From positions 32,001-96,000 of the IMG/VR virus record IMGVR_UViG_3300021387_001774: a DNA stretch of 64,000 nt; one strand, given 5' to 3'. Each line of letters begins with the position of its first letter. Positions within the stretch are counted from its first letter, which is position 1. The notes below the pieces were generated by a model. That model saw only the letters and a program-made list of their open reading frames with translations. It was not told where the DNA came from and did no database searches. Shown in pieces: positions 1-10,670 of this stretch. This DNA comes from a virus (taxonomy: Duplodnaviria > Caudoviricetes). The translations under genes were made by a program, and so were the position numbers.

Positions 1-989
1 GAACCAACTGTTCCAACTACACCAATAGCATCAGTTATAGATGAAAAAAACCCAGCAACTTTACCAAGAAGACCTTCACCACCAGTTCTAATAAAAAGTT
101 CACTAGCACCAGCCCCACCACCTAAACCTAGCATTTTAAAGAAGCCTGTATTATATTTAAGTCTTCCAGGTTGTAATAAAACTATAGGCCAGTTATTCAT
201 AATTTGAGTAGAATAAACTCTACCGATCTTAGTATACATTGGATTAGTACGAACATCATCACGTTTATTGAATTGGAATACTGGATTCATTACCATACAA
301 TGACCAAGTCCAATACCTAGATCTTCAGAATGTGCTCTAAGTTTTTTTCTAATTTCTTCTATATCTTCATTTTCATCTTCTTCACATAATTCTTCTACTT
401 CACCAGTCAATGGATTTCTAGGTGCAGCTCCACCACCTTTAATATAATTTCTAAATACCAAATCGTTCATTGTACCAACATCTTCAATTTGACCTAAATC
501 TGAGTTTTTATCACCAAGATGTGTAGCTTGATATTCGATGTATTTAGAAATATATAGGCCTAATGCTTCTACTGATGATCTAGCATTATAATGATAAGTA
601 TTAGATACTTTTAGTCTTCCTAAAGGATCATTAGGAATAAAGTTATGATAAACTACAGATTGATCATCTTTTATATTATTTCCACCTCTAGCTAATCTAA
701 TACCATCGTTAATAACATAAATAGGAATTTGATCTCCAGTTTTTACATCAACAACATTCAAACACATGTTTTCATGTGAATACTGATTATTTAAATTTAC
801 ATATTTCTGTCTAATTTTATGAACAGGATCTTGATTATCATTAGCCATATGTGCTTCATCACCATATGGATTTATACCACCAAAATGTTCATTACGTTCT
901 GTATATGTGACACCGATATTTCTTATACTATCGCCACCACCAGTACCATTTCCACTAGTACCTACTGTATATAAATTTTCATTAGCCAT
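1..989 (-). CDS. Partial virion structural protein (putative baseplate/tail component); runs off the window start; not in the ORF track
   Basis: Open frame from ATG at 989 (MANENLYTVGTSGNG...MNPVFQFNKRDDVRTNPMYTKIGRVYSTQIMNNWPIVLLQPG...), AAGGA RBS, late-type promoter at 1012-1023. Confidence 0.6.
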   Translation of the reverse strand, partial: MANENLYTVGTSGNGTGGGDSIRNIGVTYTERNEHFGGINPYGDEAHMANDNQDPVHKIRQKYVNLNNQYSHENMCLNVVDVKTGDQIPIYVINDGIRLARGGNNIKDDQSVVYHNFIPNDPLGRLKVSNTYHYNARSSVEALGLYISKYIEYQATHLGDKNSDLGQIEDVGTMNDLVFRNYIKGGGAAPRNPLTGEVEELCEEDENEDIEEIRKKLRAHSEDLGIGLGHCMVMNPVFQFNKRDDVRTNPMYTKIGRVYSTQIMNNWPIVLLQPGRLKYNTGFFKMLGLGGGAGASELFIRTGGEGLLGKVAGFFSSITDAIGVVGTVG

Positions 990-1084
990 AGTAAAATCCT
1001 TTTATATAGTATATAGATGTGTCTTACTATAATAGTTAATTTTAAAGCACATATTAATATAGATTATAAATTTGGAGATATAAT

Positions 1085-2521
1085 ATGCTTGGAAATAATT
1101 ATAGTTTTGAAGAATTAATGAATTCTTCTTTAGGATTTTCTAGCGGTGTAAAGCAAATTGATATGAAATCTATTGGGTATGCTGACGCTATTGTAGCTGA
1201 TGTTACTAAAGCTGCTGAGGATTTACATTTCTTTGAGACATATACATTACTTAATGAGAAAAACATTAAAGATAAAATGAATATGTTAAAAAAGATTCAA
1301 AATACATATGCTAATAATATTACTGATTCATATTCTAGAAAAGGACTTGAATCATATTTGGATAGAAACTTTAGATCCACAGAAGCTGAAGCTGCACAGA
1401 ATGGTGGTTCTACAAACAACAATAATAATCAAAATGATAATAATAATGCTGAAAATGGTAAGAAAAAAGGTCAGTTTTTAAAGAGAATAATTACCGCAGT
1501 TATCAATTTTATTAAAAAAGTAATCGATTTTATTAAATTGGTATTCAATAAAATAAAAACGTTTATCGCCGGAATATTCCAAAAAGGTAAAGATCAATGG
1601 AAACTTAATCCAAAGAATCCATTTGGCGGTGATGGAAAAGATAAAATGTTCTTTGATTTTAGTTCATTTAATCTGGGTGGAGCTAAAAAATTTGTAAACA
1701 CATTTAATAAACTTGAATCTAGAATAAATCAAAATTCTACAACAGATGAAAGAACGTTTACAGCTAAATCAAATATAAATTCTAATGCTATAAATGATGT
1801 ACAAACATTTGTTAAAAAGATGCAATCACAAGTTAATATGGATATAGATAAACAAGCTATATTGTGGAATATTTATGGTATGAAAACTTGTGATTCACAA
1901 AAATCTTATCAAAGTTGTAATGTTGGTAAACTTTTAAATCTTTTAATGCAACTACAGCCTCCGAATCAAGGTGAAAATCCAACACAAGGTCTTTTACCAG
2001 AAATTATGAAAGTAAATGAAAAGATAGGTATAGCATTTAAACCAATAGAAGAACTTGTTAAAAATATAGAAAATGGTACTGTTAATGAAATTAATGGAGC
2101 TTTCGTTAAAGCTGGTGAAACTATTCAAAAGAATAATATAGAAAATAATGAAAATATAAAGAAATCTCGTTATGTTGCAGAATTTAAAATCAATAATGAA
2201 AATGTTACTATAGCTAATACTAAAAACTTAAATGATATGATTAAGTTTTTGAAAAACATTGTTGGTTATTCTAACACTGTAACCGCTATTGGACAAAGTA
2301 TAGTAAACAATATTCAACAAGTACTGATACCTATAAATAGTGAAGTAAATAACAATAATGATGAAGGAAATGAAAACAAAAATAAGAAACAATCTAAGAG
2401 CGAAGCTCAACAACAAAAAGCTCATAACAAATTAAATGATTATAATAATTCACCTTCTAAATCTACTCCATTAAGTAGACTTGGTAACAAAGTGAAGAAT
2501 GCATTTGGTAAAAATAAATAA
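1085..2521 (+). CDS. Putative internal head (ejection) protein with protease-removed propeptide
   Basis: S/G-x-E sites (YSFE, GLESYLD, RSTE) followed by amphipathic helix FIKKVIDFIKLVFNKIKTFI typical of phiKZ-like head proteins; near the prohead protease; late-type promoter at 1048-1059. Confidence 0.6.
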   Translation: MLGNNYSFEELMNSSLGFSSGVKQIDMKSIGYADAIVADVTKAAEDLHFFETYTLLNEKNIKDKMNMLKKIQNTYANNITDSYSRKGLESYLDRNFRSTEAEAAQNGGSTNNNNNQNDNNNAENGKKKGQFLKRIITAVINFIKKVIDFIKLVFNKIKTFIAGIFQKGKDQWKLNPKNPFGGDGKDKMFFDFSSFNLGGAKKFVNTFNKLESRINQNSTTDERTFTAKSNINSNAINDVQTFVKKMQSQVNMDIDKQAILWNIYGMKTCDSQKSYQSCNVGKLLNLLMQLQPPNQGENPTQGLLPEIMKVNEKIGIAFKPIEELVKNIENGTVNEINGAFVKAGETIQKNNIENNENIKKSRYVAEFKINNENVTIANTKNLNDMIKFLKNIVGYSNTVTAIGQSIVNNIQQVLIPINSEVNNNNDEGNENKNKKQSKSEAQQQKAHNKLNDYNNSPSKSTPLSRLGNKVKNAFGKNK

Positions 2522-2528
2522 ATTATAT

Positions 2529-2556
2529 AATGTGGGTACTCATGTACCCACATTAA
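2529..2556. terminator. Bidirectional hairpin terminator
   Basis: taatgtgggtac-tcat-gtacccacatta between convergent genes. Confidence 0.75.
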
Positions 2557-2558
2557 TA

Positions 2559-3575
2559 TTATAGTTTACCAATAGATTTTTTAAACCAATATGTAGGATC
2601 ATTTTGATTATACAAATATTGATATTTTTCACATCCATGAGCATAACCATTTAATAATGATTCGAAACTTTCTTCGCCTTTAGCTTTAATTTTACCATGC
2701 GGTATAAGATATCCTCTACATATATTTTTTGATTTTATTTTTCCGTCAGGTTTTTTATACATACCTGTAACAATTAAAACAGAATACTTTGCAAATTGTT
2801 TTAGATCCAATGAACCATAAAATGGAAATAATGCTGTTACACAGCATGTTACACCATTTATAGTTTTCAAAGAAATTAATTCAGGTTTAATATCTTTAAG
2901 ATCATTTCCACCAACATCTCCAGTCAATATGTGGTTTAGAAATCCAGCTTTAGTTCTAACAGTGTTGAAAGATTTTTTAACATCCGATGGTGTACACATA
3001 GCATCTTTACCATGTTTAGCTTTAAATTGTTCCAATCGTTGTAAACATTTTGGAGATTTAAAAATATCTGTACCAACGGAGAATGTACCACAAGATCTAC
3101 ATCCTTGAATGAGAGAACCAAAACCTAGGGCCACCAATTCTCCAGCAAGCGAGCTAAGTCCAATCACACTTGCTTTTCCGCCAAGTCCAATCGATCCAAT
3201 TGTGGATCCATATTTCATAGCTCTATCTATACCAACAACAGCTTGTAGACCACCTATAGGTTTTTCTTGTTGAATTTCCATAGAAGCTATACAATTATCC
3301 AAATAACTTTCTACAGCACGTTTTTCATCAAGTTTATTATGTAAAAATCTTTCACTAAAAGAATTTAAAACTGTAATCATTTGTTGTTTTTGATTAAAAT
3401 GTTGTTTATTTAGATCATTTAAGATGTTTAGATTATCCAGATCTTCTATAGAAGCATAAAACAAACTAGTAATTTCATCATCAGTCATTGATTCAAATGA
3501 AGAATTATTTTTTGTTTTCTTTGTTTTTATTTCTGACATACCAAGGAATGATTCCATACTAAATAAGTCGCTCAT
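2559..3575 (-). CDS. Putative internal head protein with S-x-E propeptide
   Basis: FSME, SSFE, ASIE, AVESYLD, ASME motifs; N-terminus resembles that of 1085..2521; directly downstream of the protease. Confidence 0.55.
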   Translation of the reverse strand: MSDLFSMESFLGMSEIKTKKTKNNSSFESMTDDEITSLFYASIEDLDNLNILNDLNKQHFNQKQQMITVLNSFSERFLHNKLDEKRAVESYLDNCIASMEIQQEKPIGGLQAVVGIDRAMKYGSTIGSIGLGGKASVIGLSSLAGELVALGFGSLIQGCRSCGTFSVGTDIFKSPKCLQRLEQFKAKHGKDAMCTPSDVKKSFNTVRTKAGFLNHILTGDVGGNDLKDIKPELISLKTINGVTCCVTALFPFYGSLDLKQFAKYSVLIVTGMYKKPDGKIKSKNICRGYLIPHGKIKAKGEESFESLLNGYAHGCEKYQYLYNQNDPTYWFKKSIGKL

Positions 3576-3578
3576 AAA

Positions 3579-4460
3579 TTACACTCCACTCATAAGTACT
3601 TGATTAACTCTATAAGTATTAGTAGGAATCTTAATTGCCTTACTATGACTACGATCATTATCTAATACTATAGTAATAAGTCCTTCTTCAGAATAAGAGA
3701 TATTTTTAACATCTTTCATACTGAATCCATATATATCTTCCATAATAGGAAGAGATTCTTGAGCTTCTAACAAACGTTTGAACTCTTCTTTCTTACGTTT
3801 ATTAGTCCAAGAAGCATGTACACCATTCCAATTCTCTTTAGAAGCATCATAAGAATCAACATCAGTTACTATAGAGGCTTCTTTAAAACCACCAATACGA
3901 ACAACATCAAAACTAATAAAACGCATATCACCATGTTTATAAATATATGGCTCACCGTTTGCATCCTTACGTTCTTCATAATTAGGTGTGAGAATACGAA
4001 TAGACCAACCAAAATTTATACCTTTTTTAAACCAATCTAATGGAATATAACCTTTTGGTTGTACAAATTGGAAGTCTCCTCTAAGGAGATCTCCTTCTCT
4101 ATTATAGTTCATAACACGACCACAAGTATTATCTGGGTCAACTTTCATGAATCTTTCTCTAGTACAGTTTATATCTGGATGCTCTAATTCACAGAAACAT
4201 GTACCACGTTTAAACAACTCGGCTACATAAGGAGATTGAAGAGCATTCAATATAGCTACATCTTGATACATAGACATATTTCTTGACACCGTATTGAGTG
4301 CAATTAGTGGAGCATGCCTAATGATTTGTTTATCTTCTTCAAATTTACAGTCAGACATATTTAACATAGCTTCATTAAAGAAAGTTTCTATACTAAATAG
4401 GTCTTTTGCATTCATATCAATAACATTACGTTCACATGAAAAAATATTACTACTTTTCAT
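3579..4460 (-). CDS. Prohead (head maturation) serine protease, T4 gp21/phiKZ gp175-like
   Basis: Motifs SRNMSMY, CELEHP (catalytic His), FGWSIR (catalytic Ser), FISFDVV..GF.EA match the gp21-family layout NRN..Y / GELxHP / SSRG / DxV. Confidence 0.8.
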   Translation of the reverse strand: MKSSNIFSCERNVIDMNAKDLFSIETFFNEAMLNMSDCKFEEDKQIIRHAPLIALNTVSRNMSMYQDVAILNALQSPYVAELFKRGTCFCELEHPDINCTRERFMKVDPDNTCGRVMNYNREGDLLRGDFQFVQPKGYIPLDWFKKGINFGWSIRILTPNYEERKDANGEPYIYKHGDMRFISFDVVRIGGFKEASIVTDVDSYDASKENWNGVHASWTNKRKKEEFKRLLEAQESLPIMEDIYGFSMKDVKNISYSEEGLITIVLDNDRSHSKAIKIPTNTYRVNQVLMSGV

Positions 4461-4514
4461 TACAAATTACCTCATAATTAAGATATATTATAGTGTCCTT
4501 CTTTATAATTTTTA

Positions 4515-4534
4515 TAATTATATATTATATTAAT
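4515..4534 (+). promoter_or_regulatory. Early-type phage promoter TAATTATATATTATATTAAT
   Basis: Exact copy of a motif repeated upstream of many small genes; the TATATTAT core resembles phiKZ/AR9 early promoters. Confidence 0.75.
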
Positions 4535-4559
4535 AGTAAACCATATAGGAGGAAAACAT

Positions 4560-5099
4560 ATGGCTAAGAAGAAAACAACATCAGAACCAAAAAACGAATT
4601 GACAACTATATCACCTAAGAAAGATGTAGTTCCAACTTTTGGTAAAGGTGTAGATCTCATGAATATTAAAAGTGTTCATGAAATGTTTAAACGTGAAGAA
4701 ATTGCTATCGAGCACGATAAAGCAAAATTTATTCACGAAATAAAGAAGTTTGCTGTAGCGGTAGCCAGCAATTCATACCATGCTGGAGTTCCTTATATTC
4801 TTGAAAGAAAAGATTCTAAGGATCTCATGAAGTCTATCACTTGGACAATTCCTTATTCAGTTAAGAATTGTCGACGGTTGAATAGACTGAAGAACAAAAT
4901 CTGGAATAGGACTCATACAAGAAAATTCGTTTCTTTAGATGAAGGAATTGAAGTTTCTTATTGGATCGATTCCTGGTCAGGTAATCCTATAGCTAAAATT
5001 CTTATCTGTGATAAGAATACAGATAAAGCTTATATGGAAATGGAAATTCGTGGACCTGAATGCAACATCAGTGTACAGTTGCAGCTCATCGACAAATAA
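4560..5099 (+). CDS. Hypothetical early protein
   Basis: AGGAGG RBS, early promoter upstream. Confidence 0.7.
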   Translation: MAKKKTTSEPKNELTTISPKKDVVPTFGKGVDLMNIKSVHEMFKREEIAIEHDKAKFIHEIKKFAVAVASNSYHAGVPYILERKDSKDLMKSITWTIPYSVKNCRRLNRLKNKIWNRTHTRKFVSLDEGIEVSYWIDSWSGNPIAKILICDKNTDKAYMEMEIRGPECNISVQLQLIDK

Positions 5100-5123
5100 A
5101 TAATCAAGCATGGAGGGGATAAC

Positions 5124-5270
5124 ATGAATGATTATTCTAAAAAACAGGAAGTTGTTGACCAGATGGTCACAGCCTACATTAACGAGAAGAGTGAGAGTGC
5201 AAAAGCTCTTGCCCTTATAGCCCAAAAAGAATTCGAAGAATGGAAAGAAACTCATTCAGTGAATGAGTAA
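5124..5270 (+). CDS. Small hypothetical protein (48 aa), not in ORF track
   Basis: GGAGG RBS, MNDYSKKQEVVDQMVTAYINEK..., followed by a hairpin/U-rich terminator at about 5290-5328. Confidence 0.6.
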   Translation: MNDYSKKQEVVDQMVTAYINEKSESAKALALIAQKEFEEWKETHSVNE

Positions 5271-5340
5271 TTTAAATCGAATTCTGGATTCAGAGGAGGT
5301 CTTGACCTCCTCTGGATTCTTTATTTTTAAGGAGAAAACT

Positions 5341-6294
5341 ATGGAAAAGAAAACACCAACTGAATCGACTATCATAAAGTTCTATAATTACTTTATGAGA
5401 TCGCCAAAATTTAAAAGAGCCAAAGGGTTTTCATGGATACAGGAACCAGGTGAAGCCCTTCCATTTTTGTACTTTATTGTACTATTTATAGTAAATATTT
5501 TTGCATTTGTTATGGCATCAAATGGTAAAAATATAGGTGATGAAAAATACATCATCCCAACATTTGGGTTAATGTTTATCGGAATAATGTTTTTAAGTAT
5601 GTTTGTAAGTATATTAAAACTCTTTTTTCTGGATGATATTGACAGTATTGGATCTTACGACGATGTAATGAAATTAAAAAGGGAATTGGAATTTTTAATC
5701 AAAAGTATTCTATGTAAACATGTATCTAATGATGATAAATTCCATTTCGTTACAATTGATTATAAAAGATTAATAAATAAAATTGCAGCGATATTATTGG
5801 CATCAAAAATAGATACATCATATTTACGTAATTTTCTAGAAATAACAAATCTAAAATGTGATTCTCCTAAATTATCAAATAAATATTTCTGGGATTTTGA
5901 AGATTATGTGGGATTCGTAACAACTATTTTACTCAATGATTTTAAATTTTTAGATGAGTGTTCATTTCATGATTCATTCCACAACGCCGATTATAAAACA
6001 ACTCAAGCTAAAATAATACTTGATTATTGTAAGCTTGTTAGTAACTCACCAGATCTAAAAGACGAAATCATAGAAAATTTTGTGGATTATCAAGTTTCCA
6101 AAATTTACGGTATTACTGATTATACTAAAGTTAAAGATATTATTGATTGGCAACAGGAACCTTTGATCTTATCCAATGAATCTCTCTTCCTTAGAAATGC
6201 TGGTATTAGTGATAAAGACATTGAAAAATATCTCAAAACAAAACGTAAATGTAGAGCTAAGGAATTGATTGAGAAAACAGTTGATTGGATTTAA
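5341..6294 (+). CDS. Hypothetical membrane protein (2 TM segments); start revised to 5341
   Basis: AAGGAG RBS before MEKKTPTES; two hydrophobic stretches. Confidence 0.65.
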   Translation: MEKKTPTESTIIKFYNYFMRSPKFKRAKGFSWIQEPGEALPFLYFIVLFIVNIFAFVMASNGKNIGDEKYIIPTFGLMFIGIMFLSMFVSILKLFFLDDIDSIGSYDDVMKLKRELEFLIKSILCKHVSNDDKFHFVTIDYKRLINKIAAILLASKIDTSYLRNFLEITNLKCDSPKLSNKYFWDFEDYVGFVTTILLNDFKFLDECSFHDSFHNADYKTTQAKIILDYCKLVSNSPDLKDEIIENFVDYQVSKIYGITDYTKVKDIIDWQQEPLILSNESLFLRNAGISDKDIEKYLKTKRKCRAKELIEKTVDWI

Positions 6295-6314
6295 CAATCA
6301 GTAATCTCAATTTA

Positions 6315-6352
6315 ATAACCCAGGGTAAAGTTACCCTGGGTTATTTTTTTTT
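6315..6352. terminator. Bidirectional terminator
   Basis: aataacccagggtaa-ag-ttaccctgggttatt plus T-run. Confidence 0.8.
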
Positions 6353-6524
6353 AATTAAAAACTTTGGTTATAATTTTAATATTCTTTGTTACATTACTAA
6401 CTTTCTTACGAAATGTTCTTCTAGCTTCTTCTAGATCCATTAGAAAATTATATTGCTCACTCATTGAATCTTTTGCTTGCTGTGAAATTACTTCTCTTCT
6501 TTGATTTCTTTTAGATTTAAACAT
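6351..6524 (-). CDS. Small basic hypothetical protein (57 aa), not in ORF track
   Basis: GGAGGT RBS; MFKSKRNQRREVISQQAKDS... Confidence 0.5.
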   Translation of the reverse strand: MFKSKRNQRREVISQQAKDSMSEQYNFLMDLEEARRTFRKKVSNVTKNIKIITKVFN

Positions 6525-6585
6525 ACATTATACCTCCATTATTATGAATAAAATGTGGTGGATAAAATATCCACCACATGATTAA

Positions 6586-8319
6586 TTATAGATGTAATAC
6601 ACGATTTCCGATATCAGCCATACGACCTTGACAACAACAGTTTGCATTACTTAAATAACCACAAACACGTCGTACTACAGTCATATCACTAATATTTCTA
6701 TTTCCACACTGTGGACATTCCCATACTAATTTATTGTTTTCATCTTTAACCATCTTAATCTCACCACTGAATCCACATTTATGACAGTTGTCGATCTTGC
6801 TATTCAATTCAGCATACCAACAATGATCATAAATGTATTTCATTACAGAAAGTATAGCTTCTTGGTTATTAATCAAATTCGGCATTTCTACATACGAAAT
6901 TGCACCAGCATTAGTCCATTTCTGGAATCTAGATTCATTATTAAGCTTAGTAAATGCATCTACAGGTTCTTTGATATCTGTATGATAACTATTCATTACA
7001 TACATCTTATCTGTAATACCTTTAATAACTCCATGTCTCTTTTGTAATGCTTTAGAGAATTTCTCAGTAGTTGATTCTTCTGGTGTACCATATAGACTAA
7101 ATCCATAATTTTCACCAGGAATCTTATTCCACTTATCACAAGTTTCCTTCATGTAACGAACGATACTTTCAGCAAACTCTTGATTTTCAGGGTCTGTATG
7201 TGGTTTACCTGTAAGAGCCATCATTGTCTCAAACAAGCCTACAAAACCTAATGATGTTGTAGAGTATCCTCCAACTAACAATTTATCAATGGTTTCACCT
7301 GGTTTTAGACGTGCAATAGCACCATTTTGCCACAAAATTGGAGCTACATCTGACTTGGTTCCCTTTAAATACCCTACACTTATTAGTAGTACTTTATGTA
7401 CCATTTCGAGTCTTTCATCAAGTAATTCCCAGAATTCTTTCATAGCTTCTTTATTATTTAACAGTGATTCATTATCTTTAAATCCATACTTATCCCTAAT
7501 AGATAATGCTACATCTGGAAGGTTTACAGTACAAACTCTCTTGTTGAACCTTCCCCAGAATTTTGGTTTATTATCATTTTCTGGATCTTTCCATACAGAA
7601 AGAAATGCTCTACATCCCATCGGTGCATAACAATTTCCTTCTTTATATTCTTTCATAACTTTTTCAGAAACATAGTCTGGAACCATACGTTTTGCTGTAC
7701 ACTCTGCAGCCAATTTAGTAAATTCCCAATATGGTTTTGTTTCATCATTATTTGTTTCATCAATAACTACTACTATCTTTGGAAATGCCGGTGCGACCCA
7801 TGCTCCAGATTTATTTTTTACACCTTTAATTCTTTGTCTCAAAATCTCTGATGCTACTAGAGCTAAATCATCTCTTTCTTGTCCCTCTGGTGCTTCATTA
7901 AGATAAATGAATAACGTCGAAAATGGTGTTTGACCGTTCGCAGTCATCAAAGTATTAATTTGATACTGTATCATCTGTACACCCTTTTTAACTTCTTCGG
8001 CCACCATTTCTTCAATAATTTTATTGAATACTTCTTCAGAAATATCTAAATTGTATTTTTTAATTCGCTCGCGTTCTTGTTTAATAAATTTTTGTCTTGA
8101 AACGTCTACAAACTTCGAAATATGATAGACATTTGTCGACTGTCCACCTAGTTGGCTACTAGCTACCTGAGCCATAATTTGTGTAGCTACATTACAAGCA
8201 GTTGTAAATGATTTAGGTTTATCAATTTTTGTACCAGAAATAACGGTACCATTTTGCAACATGTCGTCCATGTTAATAAGACAACAGTTATAAAGTTTCA
8301 TTGAAGCATAGTCCATATC
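6586..8319 (-). CDS. nrdD: Anaerobic ribonucleoside-triphosphate reductase, exon 2
   Basis: DMDY..NCC, GQTPF, MGCRAFL, GRFN, CxxC..CxxC zinc site, glycyl-radical motif RRVCGYL. Confidence 0.95.
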   Translation of the reverse strand, partial: DMDYASMKLYNCCLINMDDMLQNGTVISGTKIDKPKSFTTACNVATQIMAQVASSQLGGQSTNVYHISKFVDVSRQKFIKQERERIKKYNLDISEEVFNKIIEEMVAEEVKKGVQMIQYQINTLMTANGQTPFSTLFIYLNEAPEGQERDDLALVASEILRQRIKGVKNKSGAWVAPAFPKIVVVIDETNNDETKPYWEFTKLAAECTAKRMVPDYVSEKVMKEYKEGNCYAPMGCRAFLSVWKDPENDNKPKFWGRFNKRVCTVNLPDVALSIRDKYGFKDNESLLNNKEAMKEFWELLDERLEMVHKVLLISVGYLKGTKSDVAPILWQNGAIARLKPGETIDKLLVGGYSTTSLGFVGLFETMMALTGKPHTDPENQEFAESIVRYMKETCDKWNKIPGENYGFSLYGTPEESTTEKFSKALQKRHGVIKGITDKMYVMNSYHTDIKEPVDAFTKLNNESRFQKWTNAGAISYVEMPNLINNQEAILSVMKYIYDHCWYAELNSKIDNCHKCGFSGEIKMVKDENNKLVWECPQCGNRNISDMTVVRRVCGYLSNANCCCQGRMADIGNRVLHL

Positions 8320-9280
8320 CACATAACTCATTCAATGAGCATGTTGACTATATCATCATCTCGTTAGAGATGCCAGGCACTTCGGAATACAGAGTTTCAC
8401 TGTAAACCTACTCTACTCGATTCATCTTTCGATGTCTTTCGATAGTCGATTAACCTTACTTATTTTTAGTATCAATAACAGTAAGTTTATTTTCTTTTGA
8501 AAATTTTGTATCAAAACCTATCGCCGTCAGACGTATATATTTATCTAATGTTGATGTAGATACAATATTTTCAAAATACTTTATGAGTTCTTGTCTACTC
8601 ATTTCTTTACCGTTGATAAATACTTTATAGCGAAATTTAGGATTTTTTGAACCTAGAAAAACACCATTAACTTTTAAAGTTTTTGATATTTTTTCAGATG
8701 TTGATTTTCGAAATTCATCATTATTCCATCGTTTAGAATTAGATAAAGAAACATTATTTAATCCTGTTTCTCTAGCGTGTTTATTATTATATTCCGCAGT
8801 ACACCATTCTAAATTTGAAAAATGATTATTCTTTTTATCTCCATCTATATGATTAACCTGAATTTTTATTTCTGGATTATCATTTTTACAAAAGAATTTA
8901 GCGACTAGACGATGGACTTTAAATCTAACGGGTTGTTTATTAATGGCTAATGTTACCTGTTCATATCCTTCTCTAGTTATATCAGGTTGTAAAAATTTAT
9001 TTGATAATTCGGAATATATTTTTCCAGTGTTATAAATCCTATAATCTCCAAATGTGTAATATTCTTTCATGTGAACCATCCTATATCACATTATTACACA
9101 TTATTTAAAAAATAAGTCTTGGCAAAGGATTACTTATTATAAATATAAGTTCCCCCTTTAGCATGAATATTAACTCATCATTTCCTATGAGAAACTAAGC
9201 GTTATTCACACACCTTACATTTGTAAGTTCACCTGGTTTTTCCATAGAATATCACTATTCTAGGCCACAATATTTTGTTT
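8320..9280 (-). mobile_element. Group I self-splicing intron (IA-like) interrupting nrdD
   Basis: Exon ends ...CCAU pairing with intron GUGG (P1 with U.G); terminal G at 8320; P7 GACUA/UAGUC (aucgacuauc...gauauaguc); P3 ccagg/ccugg; splicing restores IHIH-DMDY in frame. Confidence 0.92.
8456..9079 (-). CDS. Intron-encoded HNH homing endonuclease (I-HmuI-like)
   Basis: VHRLVAKFF...VNHIDGDKKNNHFSNLEWCT...N HNH motif; NUMOD3-like SEKISKTLK..GSKNP; lies just 5' of the P7 strand. Confidence 0.9.
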   Translation of the reverse strand: MVHMKEYYTFGDYRIYNTGKIYSELSNKFLQPDITREGYEQVTLAINKQPVRFKVHRLVAKFFCKNDNPEIKIQVNHIDGDKKNNHFSNLEWCTAEYNNKHARETGLNNVSLSNSKRWNNDEFRKSTSEKISKTLKVNGVFLGSKNPKFRYKVFINGKEMSRQELIKYFENIVSTSTLDKYIRLTAIGFDTKFSKENKLTVIDTKNK

Positions 9281-9769
9281 ATGGATGTGTATGATTCCAG
9301 CTTCATGAGCATCAACTAATTCTTTTGGGAATAGACGTTCTTTTGCATACCATTTAGAAACTTCTCCAGCCATATAATCACGCTGAGTAGGTAAAATAGT
9401 TGGATTCTTATTGGCGTTCTCTTGTTGTACTTCTTCATTATTACAATCGAGAATAGAACCAATCTTATTCAAGAACGTTTCACTTTGTCTATCGAGTTGA
9501 TGCTGATAACGATAAACAATGTAATTCTTTGCGAGTTTATATTTTCCTAATATGGAAATTTGAGTTTCGACGAAATCTTGAATTTCCTCTACATTATAAA
9601 CTCTATCACTATTACTCAAGGTATGAGTAATATGATCAACAATATGTTTGATTTGATCATCAGACAATTGTTCCGTTACACTAACACTTGTGTTAGCCTT
9701 CTTAAGAGCAGTAGTGATCTTGTTTGGATCATAACCTACTTCCACACCAGTTCGCTTTAAAATAACCAT
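9281..9769 (-). CDS. nrdD: Anaerobic ribonucleoside-triphosphate reductase, exon 1 (ATP-cone)
   Basis: ATP-cone VILKRTG..YDPNKI..VEEIQDFVE, ENANK, AHEAGIIHIH. Confidence 0.93.
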
Positions 9770-9973
9770 AATGCGAAACTCCTTTATATTAAACAGAATT
9801 AATGACGTAAATAATGTATCAATCTTTTGTGTTCAGATGGATACATTATCTTGTTACTTAAAGAGTTATTTTTTAAAGGGTAAAAATTATTTATAAATAT
9901 TATTGTTATAAATTTTCATAATAAAAAATTATAAGATTCGGGATAAAAATCCCGAACCTATATTAATGTTCTT

Positions 9974-10429
9974 TTAAATTACCATACGATATAAATCGAT
10001 AATTAAATCAGATTCAATATCCCAAGGAGTCTGAAGATATATAATAACGTCTTTAAACTCCTTATTTTCTATAGTTTCTACAAATCCTTCTCTAAATTTA
10101 TTCAATAAATTATTCATGTATTCATTAGTTTTATCATAATGATTTGCTGGTCCAAATAAGTTTTCTCTAGCTACATTTTCTACAGGTTTGAATAGATCAT
10201 CAACTTGATTTATTTGAATAAATCTTGGTACTATAAATCTAGTACACTTACCATATGAAGTAATAACATTATTGAAAATTATCCCTTCTTTGATCAATAC
10301 AGGATCTTTTGAATCAGTGTATTGTTTATTATTTTCAAAGATATGATTCATATACTTAGCAATATATGAACCATACTTTTTAGATAGTTGTAAATCTACT
10401 TTCTGATAAACATTCATCGTATCCCTCAT
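9974..10429 (-). CDS. Hypothetical protein
   Basis: ORF in an operon with overlapping start/stop codons. Confidence 0.6.
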   Translation of the reverse strand: MRDTMNVYQKVDLQLSKKYGSYIAKYMNHIFENNKQYTDSKDPVLIKEGIIFNNVITSYGKCTRFIVPRFIQINQVDDLFKPVENVARENLFGPANHYDKTNEYMNNLLNKFREGFVETIENKEFKDVIIYLQTPWDIESDLIIDLYRMVI

Positions 10430-10650
10430 TATTCATTACCGTCTTTATCTTTTTTGAATTTAGCAAACTTGATTGCTCCATATATTAATACAATAAGAGC
10501 AATAATAGCTATTCCAATAATAGTAATATCTCTTACTAAAGTACTAATTATACCTTCAAAACTCAAAGTGATAACAACAGAGATTAAAGCAAACACCGCG
10601 ATCAAAACAATATACTTGATACTGCTTTTTAACAGATCTTTAATAGACAT
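10429..10650 (-). CDS. Small 2-TM membrane protein
   Basis: Two hydrophobic helices, charged C-terminus, GGAGG RBS. Confidence 0.6.
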   Translation of the reverse strand: MSIKDLLKSSIKYIVLIAVFALISVVITLSFEGIISTLVRDITIIGIAIIALIVLIYGAIKFAKFKKDKDGNE

Positions 10651-10670
10651 AGAAACACCTCCAAAGTGTA

